Source: Hyphomicrobiaceae bacterium UBA2767 (lineage in GTDB: Bacteria; Pseudomonadota; Alphaproteobacteria; Rhizobiales; Methyloligellaceae). From it: DNA of 55,141 nt. The stretch is taken from the NCBI GenBank assembly GCA_002352635.1, contig DEIT01000193.1, forward strand, positions 11,545 to 66,685, read 5' to 3'. The notes below the pieces were generated by a model that did no database searches, was not told where the DNA came from, and saw nothing but the letters and a program-made list of their open reading frames with translations. The stretch's first letter is position 1. The number at the start of each line of letters is the position of its first letter. This document shows, piece by piece, positions 1-8,025 of this stretch. The translations under genes and the position numbers were made by a program.

Positions 1-1307
1 GCGGCGGGTCCCATCATATCGAACTGCGCGGTGGGGTAGGCAACGATGGCGTCAGGCTCCATCGTCTTGCCGGCCAGGGCCAGGTAGGCGAGACCGATCG
101 CCTTGCGAACGACAATTGTAACAATTGGCACCGTCGTTGCGATCATGGTGTTGAGAAACCGGGAGGCCAGGGAAACCATGCGCTGATTCTCTATATCCGG
201 TCCGACGATGAACCCTGGACAATCCGTCAGGAAAACGAGGGGGATGTGATATGCGTCGCACAGCTCCACAAACTTGCGCATCTTCCGGATTCCCTTGTCA
301 TCAAGCGCTCCGGCCAAATGCTTCGGCTGGTTGGCGATAATACCGACGGACTCGCCATCGACCCGCGCCCATGTGGTGATGACGTTGCGGCCATAAAATT
401 CCTTGTAATGAAAGACCTCTCCGCCGTCGACGAACAATTTGATCAATTGATTCATATCGTAAGCGCGGCGCATATTTTCCGTAACGATTTCTGTAATTTT
501 TTTGCGCCCTTCCGGGGTTTCTATCGGTGCCGGTTTTGGTTCGGCCCTGAGTGGCAGTTCCCAGCAGTTGTGGGGGAAATAGGACAGGAACTCCCGGATG
601 GACCGCAGGCAGTCTTCGTCATCTTCCGCCATGTAATCGACCTGGCCGGTAACTTTGGTTGCTTTCTCGGCGCCGCCAATCTCATCCGCTGAGACATCGT
701 GGCCGATTCCAACCTTGACGACCGGCGGGCCCGACATTCCCATAAAACCCGTATTTTTTACGATGGTGACGAAGTCGGACTGCATCGCGGTAAATGACGG
801 GCCGCCAAAGCATGGCCCCATAAAACCCGCTATCACCGGAGCGCGGCCCGAAAGCCGGTAGTGTTCGCGAAATCTGTGTCCAATGCCGGCGGCCATAGCC
901 CCATTGGCTTCCTGGAAGCGTCCGGCGCCGGCCTCCATAAGCGCGATATAGGGGGCGCTGTGCTCATGTGCCAAATGGCGGATGCGTGCGGTCTTCGCCT
1001 CGGCGACCCGGCCACGTGTGCCTGCAAGAACAGTCGCATCTTCGGATGTAACATAGACAAGGCGGCCGTCTATCTTGCCCCAGCCCGCGACGAGGCCATC
1101 GGCAGGTGTGCGGCCGCGCAGGTCGGCATGCTGACTGCGCCCAAGTACGCCGATTTCAACAAATGTGGAAGGATCAAGAAGAAGTTCAATGCGCTCACGA
1201 GCCGTGAGCTTGTTCTTCGCATGGAGCTGATTGATTTTTTCCTCCCCCCCCATCGCCTGACCTTTGCGGCGATAACGCTCCAGTTTCTTTATCGTTTGTT
1301 CTTCCAT
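1..1307 (-). CDS. Acyl-CoA carboxylase carboxyltransferase subunit (PccB / transcarboxylase 12S-like); C-terminus cut by the window edge
   Basis: Absent from the ORF track because it runs off the window. My minus-strand translation from ATG 1307 reads MEEQTIKKLERYRRKGQAMGGEEKINQLHAKNKLTARERIELLLDPSTFVEIGVLG...LVAGWGKIDGRLVYVTSEDATVLAGTRG. This is the typical N-terminus of single-chain biotin-dependent carboxyltransferases. The + strand ORFs 246-692 and 861-1364 are its antisense shadows. Confidence 0.85.
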   Translation of the reverse strand, partial: MEEQTIKKLERYRRKGQAMGGEEKINQLHAKNKLTARERIELLLDPSTFVEIGVLGRSQHADLRGRTPADGLVAGWGKIDGRLVYVTSEDATVLAGTRGRVAEAKTARIRHLAHEHSAPYIALMEAGAGRFQEANGAMAAGIGHRFREHYRLSGRAPVIAGFMGPCFGGPSFTAMQSDFVTIVKNTGFMGMSGPPVVKVGIGHDVSADEIGGAEKATKVTGQVDYMAEDDEDCLRSIREFLSYFPHNCWELPLRAEPKPAPIETPEGRKKITEIVTENMRRAYDMNQLIKLFVDGGEVFHYKEFYGRNVITTWARVDGESVGIIANQPKHLAGALDDKGIRKMRKFVELCDAYHIPLVFLTDCPGFIVGPDIENQRMVSLASRFLNTMIATTVPIVTIVVRKAIGLAYLALAGKTMEPDAIVAYPTAQFDMMGPA

Positions 1308-1393
1308 ATTTCAGATACCTTTTTATCTCGAAACCCTGTTCCCAAGAATGGGCTATGCGGTTAGGGGCGAATCGTAATTTACCTTCCGGACGA

Positions 1394-1414
1394 TGGATAT
1401 TACTTTGGATATTA
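1394..1414. repeat. 9-bp direct repeat TGGATATTA (1394-1402 and 1406-1414), 12-bp period
   Basis: Read directly. It is a candidate regulator binding site. Confidence 0.5.
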
Positions 1415-1442
1415 TCTTATCCCATAATGTTATATGCAATCT

Positions 1443-1463
1443 CAATACATTTTGCCTGTATTG
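1443..1463. promoter_or_regulatory. Perfect inverted repeat CAATACA-N7-TGTATTG (candidate operator)
   Basis: Read directly. It lies 67 nt upstream of the BCCP ATG. Confidence 0.45.
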
Positions 1464-1529
1464 AATCGTAATGATAGTAGCGCAAGCCTCGAATTGGGGT
1501 AATAATGAAAAGCTAGGAGGACTGATCAT

Positions 1530-1757
1530 ATGGAGAACGTTGATACGGTATCATCCGTGACTGGAGTAGTTTGGAAGATCGAAAAAAAGATCGGAGATTC
1601 CGTCGACGAAGGCGAGCAGATCATGATCTTGGAATCTATGAAAATGGAAATCCCTGTGGAGGCTCCAGCCGGAGGAAAGATTATCAGCATCAATGTCAAC
1701 GAAGGCGATGGAGTTGAAGAGAATCAGATTATCGCCGTGATCGAGGCGGCGGGCTGA
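1530..1757 (+). CDS. Stand-alone biotin carboxyl carrier protein (biotinyl domain only, 75 aa)
   Basis: AGGAGG at 1515-1520 lies 9 nt before the ATG. The biotinylation motif is E-S-M-K-M-E (Lys38, nt 1641-1643). The flanking segment VEAPAGGKIISINVNEGDGVEENQ is typical of biotinyl/lipoyl hammerhead domains. Confidence 0.85.
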   Translation: MENVDTVSSVTGVVWKIEKKIGDSVDEGEQIMILESMKMEIPVEAPAGGKIISINVNEGDGVEENQIIAVIEAAG

Positions 1758-1807
1758 ATGCGGCCGCACAGCTCCAACGTCGCGTGACGGAATTCTCAGG
1801 TTCTTTC

Positions 1808-2323
1808 TCAGGAACTCAGGTCGGGAGTCACTTCTTTCAGACCGGCGTAATTGCCATCGTGATAAACAAGCGGCAGCCCCCTGTCAGATAACCGCAACTC
1901 CACGATTCGACCCAGAAATATGGTGTGTGTTCCTACGTCGATCCGAGAATCCACTTCGGCGTCAAAGTTCACGAGGGCGTTACGGATGGCGGGGGCGCCA
2001 GTTGCAAGCGTATCCCAGTCGCAGAGTTTGAAACGCGCGTCCCTGTCCAGGGTCATGAAGTTTGTCGCAGTTTCAAACTGCTGCTCGTCAAGAACGCTTA
2101 CGCAAAACCGACTGCCCTCGGCTATCGTTTTGTGCATCTGCGCAGCCCGGTTGATGCAAATCAGCAATGTCGGTGGATCGGCGCATACAGAACATACAGC
2201 CGTAGCCAGCATTCCTCTTGGTTTGCCATCGACCATCGCCGAGATGACGTTCACCGCCGCCGCAAGATGACGCATTCCATTTTTGAAATCTTCTGAGGTG
2301 ATACCTGACATTTCCTTATCCAC
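1808..2323 (-). CDS. NAD(P)H-flavin reductase #1 (HpaC/NtaB-type flavin_reduct domain)
   Basis: 171 aa. FKNGMRHLAAAVNVISA...GMLATAVCSVCADPPTLLICI...THTIFLGRIVEL...PLVYHDGNY resembles small reductase components of two-component monooxygenases. The track start is GTG and overlaps the upstream stop by 8 nt. ATG at 2311 is an alternative start. Confidence 0.8.
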   Translation of the reverse strand: MDKEMSGITSEDFKNGMRHLAAAVNVISAMVDGKPRGMLATAVCSVCADPPTLLICINRAAQMHKTIAEGSRFCVSVLDEQQFETATNFMTLDRDARFKLCDWDTLATGAPAIRNALVNFDAEVDSRIDVGTHTIFLGRIVELRLSDRGLPLVYHDGNYAGLKEVTPDLSS

Positions 2324-3524
2324 TTGCCGCTTGAGTTTTAGGTGTTTTATTGGTCTTTGTCAGCGCATCCGATAAGACGCCCTCGTCCAGCAGGCGGCGA
2401 ACGAGTTCTGAATCGCATCCCCAGTCGCTAAGCGCCGAGGTCGTATCGGCGCCTGATTCACGAGGCGGCCCCTGAACGGCACCAGGAGTGCGGGAAAACC
2501 GCGGCGCCGGTGCAGGTTGCCGAACTCCGCAAACATCGACAAACATTTCGCGGGCGCGATTGTGAGTATCCTCAATTGCCTCGCTCATGGACAAGACCGG
2601 CGCAAGACACGCTTCGCCATCACCGGCGAGATGGATCCATTCGTCGCGTGTTTTCTGCCGGATTGAGTCAGCGATTGCGTGGCTAATTGCCGGCCATTTT
2701 GTGCGGTCGTTCTGCTTATCAATGAACGATTGCGGAAGTTTCAAAAGGCGCACCAGCTCAGAAAAAAACTTGGGTTCAATTGCACCGATAGCGACATATT
2801 CATTGTCAGCAGTTTCATAGCACCCATAAAATGGCGCGCCACCATCGATAACATTTGCGCCCCGTTCCTCTGACCATTGACCCGTTGCGAGCATTTCGAA
2901 AATCATCGTCATCATATTGGCAGTGGCGTCGACCATTGCGGTGTCAACTATTTGTCCTTTCCCGGACTTCGACGCTTCGAACGCCGCCGCGACGAGACCA
3001 AATGCCAAGAACAGGGCGCCGCCAAAATCTCCCACGAGATTGAGTGGCGGCACTGGCGGCCCGTCGGCTTGCCCGATTCCCGCAAGGACGCCGGTCGTGG
3101 CGATATAGTTGATGTCATGTCCGGGAAGGGTGGCGCGCGGACCGCTCTGGCCCCACCCGGTCATGCGGCCATAAACAATATGGGGACTTTTCGTTAAAAC
3201 GTCGCCTGGCCCCAGACCAAGACGCTCCATTACGCCGGGGCGCATGCCCTCGATCAATATATCGGCCTCGGCAGTGAGATTCAAAATCAATTCGCTTGCG
3301 CCTGGCTTTTTAAGATCAATTGCAACAGAAGGCCGGCCCCTGTGCATAAAACTGGAGCGGCTGCTTGCAGGGCTCGATGATGTTTCAATGCGGTCGAAAC
3401 GCAGGACTTCGGCTCCAAGATCCGAGAGCAACATGCTGCAATAAGGGCCAGGACCGATGCTTGCGATTTCGAGCACTCGAATGCCCGACAGTGGTCCTGC
3501 AGCATTGCTTTTTGGTGACGACAT
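2316..3524 (-). CDS. Family III CoA-transferase / alpha-methylacyl-CoA racemase-like protein (CaiB/BaiF fold) #1
   Basis: 402 aa. GIRVLEIASIGPGPYCSMLLSDLGAEVLRFDR and the Asp loop LNLVGDFGGALF are typical of CaiB/BaiF/AMACR proteins. A GAGGA SD precedes ATG 3524. Confidence 0.8.
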   Translation of the reverse strand: MSSPKSNAAGPLSGIRVLEIASIGPGPYCSMLLSDLGAEVLRFDRIETSSSPASSRSSFMHRGRPSVAIDLKKPGASELILNLTAEADILIEGMRPGVMERLGLGPGDVLTKSPHIVYGRMTGWGQSGPRATLPGHDINYIATTGVLAGIGQADGPPVPPLNLVGDFGGALFLAFGLVAAAFEASKSGKGQIVDTAMVDATANMMTMIFEMLATGQWSEERGANVIDGGAPFYGCYETADNEYVAIGAIEPKFFSELVRLLKLPQSFIDKQNDRTKWPAISHAIADSIRQKTRDEWIHLAGDGEACLAPVLSMSEAIEDTHNRAREMFVDVCGVRQPAPAPRFSRTPGAVQGPPRESGADTTSALSDWGCDSELVRRLLDEGVLSDALTKTNKTPKTQAASG

Positions 3525-3705
3525 GCTTTCCTCGATTTGTGCAGTACTCAGGAAATTGTGTGGACTTTGAAGCTATTAACATTGCCCTCCGCAATGTATC
3601 ATATTTCATGTTGACAATGAAAGCACATTTAAGCGTTATTTATGGGTACAATTTACCCGTCAGGATTAGGTAATCTTTTCAACGCAGCCCAATCAGGGAA
3701 ATAGC

Positions 3706-4860
3706 ATGAATTTTGAAATGACACCGAGGCAATTGGAACTTATTGAGACCGCACGTGAAGCATACGCGAGAAAACTAGAGCCCCTCGCGGGCGATAGGAG
3801 TGTTGAAGGCACTTGGAAGCTCCGTAAGGCAATGGCAGAGCAGGGCTTTTTAGGCCTCAACATGCCGACAGATCTGGGTGGTGTGGGTTTGCCACTGCTG
3901 GATACGCTTATGGTCATACAAACTCTTCACGCCTGTTCGTCGGCCGTCGGCAGCCTGGCGCATCGGACATCCACAGGTGCTTGCGGTGCGATTGAGGCTT
4001 ATGGCACGCCGGAACAGCGCGAGAAATACATTCGTGGAATTTGTTCTGGCGAGTTAGGAATTTCGATCGGTATTACGGAGCCGGAGGCAGGCTCGGCAGC
4101 GACAGCAATGCGGACCAGAGCCGAGATAGACGGTGATGAAGTCGTAATCAATGGCAGCAAACAGTTCGTCAGCAGCATTAACACCAATGATTATACGGTG
4201 GTTTACTGCCGTTTCGGAACCACGGGTCGGTCTTCGGACATCGGAGCGGTTATCGTTCCCCATGATGCGCCGGGTTTCAGTCGCTCGAACGGTACCATTA
4301 ACATGGCCGACGAGCTGCTGTTCGAGCTCTATTTTGATGAGTGCCGTGTGCCCAAATCCAACATCCTGCTCGACGGCAGCGCGTTTGGAAAACTAATCAG
4401 CGTTTATAACGCTGAGCGACTGGGGAGCATCTCGCGTTTACTCGGCGCTGCGCAGGCCGCATACGAATATGCGCTTGCCTATTCCAAGGAACGGCATCAG
4501 TTCAATCGCCCAATTAGCGATTTCCAGGGCATTCAATGGATGCTTGCGGAAATGCGGATCAAACTCGATGCGGCACAGTTGCTCGTATACCGGGCAGCCG
4601 CTACGGCCGGGGCGACGGGTCTGCCGGAACCGCTTGAGACCTCGATTGCCAAGGTTTTCACTGCCAAAGCCGCAAAAGAGATCTGTGACGATGCGATCCA
4701 GATTCTAGGCGCAAACGGCTACACGAAGGAATATCCGCTGGTGCACCGCTACGCCGAGGTGCGTGGCGGGTCAATCTATGGCGGTACGCTTCAGATACAC
4801 AAGAACATGATCGCGGCAAAGATTCTCGATCGCCCAATAAGCCAATGGAAGAAGGATTAG
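3706..4860 (+). CDS. Acyl-CoA dehydrogenase with IVD/LCAD-type catalytic base
   Basis: 384 aa. ITEPEAGSAATAM matches the ACAD fold. Glu sits at the helix-G position (VYNAERLGS) and Gly at the MCAD-Glu376 position (SIYGGTLQIHKN), as in isovaleryl-CoA dehydrogenase. Confidence 0.85.
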   Translation: MNFEMTPRQLELIETAREAYARKLEPLAGDRSVEGTWKLRKAMAEQGFLGLNMPTDLGGVGLPLLDTLMVIQTLHACSSAVGSLAHRTSTGACGAIEAYGTPEQREKYIRGICSGELGISIGITEPEAGSAATAMRTRAEIDGDEVVINGSKQFVSSINTNDYTVVYCRFGTTGRSSDIGAVIVPHDAPGFSRSNGTINMADELLFELYFDECRVPKSNILLDGSAFGKLISVYNAERLGSISRLLGAAQAAYEYALAYSKERHQFNRPISDFQGIQWMLAEMRIKLDAAQLLVYRAAATAGATGLPEPLETSIAKVFTAKAAKEICDDAIQILGANGYTKEYPLVHRYAEVRGGSIYGGTLQIHKNMIAAKILDRPISQWKKD

Positions 4861-4872
4861 GGGAGGCATTTC

Positions 4873-5334
4873 GTGTCGGAAATTGATCGCTCGCTGATTG
4901 GCTCGCAGTCCGAGCTGTTTGTAGTTGAGGTTGAAAAAGGCGCTATTCGCAAGTTAGCCGAGGCCATCGGTGACCCGAATCCCGTTTACAGGGATGCGGA
5001 TGAAGCGATGGCTCAAGGGTATGCTGGCATTATCGCGCCGCCGACCTTTCCCGTGACATTCTTTCCGCCTGAAGAGCCCGAATGGACGCGTGATCTCGAT
5101 CGGCGCAGGATTCTGGCCGGCGAGCAGCGGTTTCTGTACTCGCGCCCGATCATAGCAGGGGACGTATTGACGTGCCGCGTGATCTTCCTCGGTGTCGATG
5201 ACAAGCAAGGGAAGTCAGGCAAAATGGAGCTGTTGTACCAGGAGATCGTCGGAGAGGGCGCGGATGGCAATCACGTCTTTTCCAATACGAAGACGACTGT
5301 TTACAAGGAAGCGGTAGGTTTGCTTAAGAAGTGA
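4873..5334 (+). CDS. MaoC_dehydrat_N-type hotdog protein (HadA/ChsH-like partner half of an (R)-specific enoyl-CoA hydratase)
   Basis: 153 aa with a GTG start 6 nt after GGGGAGG. GAIRKLAEAIGDPNPVYRDADEAMAQGYAGIIAPPTFPV is the usual N-terminal-type MaoC signature. Confidence 0.7.
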   Translation: MSEIDRSLIGSQSELFVVEVEKGAIRKLAEAIGDPNPVYRDADEAMAQGYAGIIAPPTFPVTFFPPEEPEWTRDLDRRRILAGEQRFLYSRPIIAGDVLTCRVIFLGVDDKQGKSGKMELLYQEIVGEGADGNHVFSNTKTTVYKEAVGLLKK

Positions 5335-5382
5335 ATACCGCTTAGTTCCACATAGCTCCTCACCAAACCGGATTAACATGTC

Positions 5383-7002
5383 ATGAAAACCATAAACGCT
5401 ACAAAACTAGATGAGATGCTGGGATCGTCGGAAGGCGCCTGGCCGGTCCGAAAATGGGCGTTTTTCGATGTCCGCGAAGTTGGCGAGAGCCAAAAGGGCC
5501 ATATCTCAACCGCGACATTCTTACCCCGGCGCATGATCGAGTACCGGCTATCCGAGCTCGTGTCGGCGCCGGCTACGCCTATAATCCTCTATGATGATGG
5601 CGAAGGGGATATACGGGCCAGCTGTGCCGCAAAAACAATGGCCGACCTGGGCTACACGGATGTTACGTGCCTGGTAGGCGGCTATGCGGGATGGAAACAG
5701 GCGGGATTTGAAGAGGTTACCGGCTGGAATGTTCCGAGCAAGGATTTCGGCGAACAAGTCCTGGTTACCAGCAATGTACCTTACCTGAACTCAAACGAGC
5801 TTGCGGGGCGGCTTGAAGCGGGTGAAAATATCGGCATTTTTGACGTCCGCACACCGGGCGAATTTCGAGAAGCATCGTTGCCGGCCAGCGTATGCGCTCC
5901 TTCATTCGAATGGGCGCTGCACGCCAAAGACCTCAACGATAATTTTGACACCATTGTCATTCACTGCGCCGGCCGAACGAGATCGATCATCGGCGCGGCA
6001 ACGGCCAGCCTCCTTGGATTGAAGAACCTGTGGTCCCTTGAAAACGGGACGATGGGTTGGATCCTCTCCGACCATGAACTTGCATCGAACCAGACGCGCG
6101 TACTTGGCGCGCCGAGTGAAGAGAGCCTTTCCGATTCGGCTGAGCGGGCTCAAGAACTCGCGGAGTCGCTGGGTGTAAAATATATGAGCCCGAAGGAGTT
6201 GAAGACACGTCTCGATGATCGCTCGAGGAATTCGCTTTATATTTTTGACGCGCGCGATGGCGACGGCTACCAACAGGAGCATATCTCCAGCAGTATCTGG
6301 TTGCCTGGGGGGCAGGCCTGTCAACGCACAGACGATTTTGCGGCTGTGCCGGGATCTCCGATTGTTTTCGTCGACGATGACGATGCACGGGCCCTCGTTA
6401 CCGCATATTGGTTCCTCCGTATGGGTTTCCCGGATGTCTCTATTTTGAAGGGGGGCATTAAAGCCTGGCAGGACGAGGGATATATCGTAAAAACGGGGCG
6501 TGACCGGCCGGAGCCGCTTGGGCTCGAGGACGCAAAGGCCCGCAGCGTGGCGTTAGATTGTGCGGACTTGCAAAAGGCCGTGGGCTCAGACAATCCACCC
6601 ATTGTGATCGACGTTGGAGCCAGCAAACGAGTTGCCGCCTGTCACATACAGGACGCCAAGTGGATTCCACGCGGTTATCTCGAAGCGCAAATAGGCAATT
6701 TCGCTGACAAGTCAAAACCCGTTGCGGTCACCGCATGGGAACCTCAGCAGGCGGCGTTCGCCGCTGCTGCGTTGGCAGATGCTGGATACCAGCACGTGAC
6801 GTGGCTTACCGCTCCAGGCAAGGAATGGAAAGAGGCGCTGCCAACCACAACAGGCTTGCCCGAAGATGCAACTGAGGTTGCTGATACTCTGGCCATTCCC
6901 TACCGCGAGAGCAAGGAGCGGATGCTCGAATATCTCGAATGGGAAGAGGAACTTGGAAAAAAACACATGAGCTCAGCGGCCAAGCAGGAAACGGTGAAAT
7001 AA
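5383..7002 (+). CDS. Four-domain rhodanese protein #1 (one catalytic Cys)
   Basis: 539 aa with four rhodanese-like repeats. The active-site loops read LYDDGEGD (Asp), IHCAGRTRS (Cys195, nt 5965-5967), FVDDDDAR (Asp) and VTAWEPQQ (Ala). The C-terminal motif is YLEWEEELGKK. It aligns along its whole length with ORF 32466-34094. Confidence 0.85.
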   Translation: MKTINATKLDEMLGSSEGAWPVRKWAFFDVREVGESQKGHISTATFLPRRMIEYRLSELVSAPATPIILYDDGEGDIRASCAAKTMADLGYTDVTCLVGGYAGWKQAGFEEVTGWNVPSKDFGEQVLVTSNVPYLNSNELAGRLEAGENIGIFDVRTPGEFREASLPASVCAPSFEWALHAKDLNDNFDTIVIHCAGRTRSIIGAATASLLGLKNLWSLENGTMGWILSDHELASNQTRVLGAPSEESLSDSAERAQELAESLGVKYMSPKELKTRLDDRSRNSLYIFDARDGDGYQQEHISSSIWLPGGQACQRTDDFAAVPGSPIVFVDDDDARALVTAYWFLRMGFPDVSILKGGIKAWQDEGYIVKTGRDRPEPLGLEDAKARSVALDCADLQKAVGSDNPPIVIDVGASKRVAACHIQDAKWIPRGYLEAQIGNFADKSKPVAVTAWEPQQAAFAAAALADAGYQHVTWLTAPGKEWKEALPTTTGLPEDATEVADTLAIPYRESKERMLEYLEWEEELGKKHMSSAAKQETVK

Positions 7003-7850
7003 TGAGCGTTCGGTCGTGTGTTGGCCCTGCCGATATCGAGTGGCTCGAGAACGAGGCAATTCTCCACCGCACGCCTTGCGGGACTGGAAATCTCACATGG
7101 CGTCAGTGGGGCAAAGGACCACCGCTCATATTGTTGCATGGCGGGTTCGGCTCCTGGAAGCACTGGGTGCGCAACGTCGGGGAGCTCTCGAAGAGCTTCA
7201 CCGTATACGCTGCTGATCTGCCGGGACTTGGCGACTCCGATCCTGGACCCGAGCCTATCACAGCGCGGACGCTGGCAGCTATTTTCAGCGAAGGCATTGA
7301 TCGTTTGGTTGGCAAGGACGAGCGGATGTACGTCGGTGCATTCTCGCTTGGTGCGGCCATTTCCGCACCTCTGATTTGTATGTTAGGCGATCGTGTCCGT
7401 CATGCGATCCTCATCGGTCCAGGTGGACTTGGTTCGCTATGGCATAATTCTATTGAGAAACTGCGCCGCCGCTCCTCGACCATGACGGAGGAGGAACAGC
7501 GGGAAGTCATTCACTACAATCTGGCTTTTTCAATGATTGCCAACCGTGAACTGATCGACGAAGACACGATATCGCTTCAATTCGAGTTGTTGGCTCAGAA
7601 GCGACGATTGATCGGATTGCCAATCTCGAAATCGTCCATTGTCTTCGACTGCCTGCCGGAAATAGGTAATCGAACGACATTTGTATGGGGCGAACACGAT
7701 CCATACCCCACTCCAGATTTGAAGGCAGTCATTAAAAAATTCCATGGCGATGTTCCTGGAGTGGACATTCGTATCATAGACGGCGTTGGTCATTGGGCGA
7801 ATTTTGAAGCGGATGAAATCGTTTCGGACATGTTTCGTGACATGCTTTGA
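7002..7850 (+). CDS. Alpha/beta-fold hydrolase #1
   Basis: ATG 7002 shares one base with the rhodanese TAA (TAATG). Motifs present are LILLHGGFGSWKHW, the nucleophile elbow GAFSLG and the C-terminal GVGHW histidine. The track start at 6939 would overlap the rhodanese by 64 nt, so I reject it. Confidence 0.8.
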   Translation: MSVRSCVGPADIEWLENEAILHRTPCGTGNLTWRQWGKGPPLILLHGGFGSWKHWVRNVGELSKSFTVYAADLPGLGDSDPGPEPITARTLAAIFSEGIDRLVGKDERMYVGAFSLGAAISAPLICMLGDRVRHAILIGPGGLGSLWHNSIEKLRRRSSTMTEEEQREVIHYNLAFSMIANRELIDEDTISLQFELLAQKRRLIGLPISKSSIVFDCLPEIGNRTTFVWGEHDPYPTPDLKAVIKKFHGDVPGVDIRIIDGVGHWANFEADEIVSDMFRDML

Positions 7851-8025
7851 ATCGATTCATTTAAATGATATTGTATCTATCAATAGCGCCACATTAAGGT
7901 GGCAATTCATTAAATGCCCGTGACGGATGGTTTAAAAAGCAAACACTTGAGGAGCTGATGCGTGTCGGCTCCAACCGGCACATGCCACGTGTTGAGCGCC
8001 AGAAGTTTCGGATTAGGGGAAGAGA

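Larger units (their letters stand above)
1369..1472. repeat. 10-bp direct repeat GAATCGTAAT (1369-1378 and 1463-1472) in the divergent CT/BCCP intergenic region
   Basis: Read directly. Both copies are identical and 94 bp apart. Confidence 0.6.

Noticed and set aside
246-1364. Plus-strand ORFs 246-692 and 861-1364
   Set aside because: They are antisense shadows of the edge-truncated carboxyltransferase gene, whose translation shows clear family motifs.
1-1757. Reading CT + small BCCP as a Na+-translocating decarboxylase (MmdA/MmdC or Gcd type)
   Set aside because: No membrane beta-subunit gene is adjacent, and a stand-alone biotin carboxylase exists in the island. A carboxylase is therefore the simpler reading. 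The region left of the window is unseen, so this is not fully excluded.
6939-7001. Upstream extensions of several track ORFs (6939, 16709, 18405, 20715, 23126, 25265, 28662, 37401 and 43018, among others)
   Set aside because: Each extension overlaps the preceding gene or adds non-homologous sequence. In every case an internal start with an SD, or a start/stop overlap, fits the family N-terminus better.
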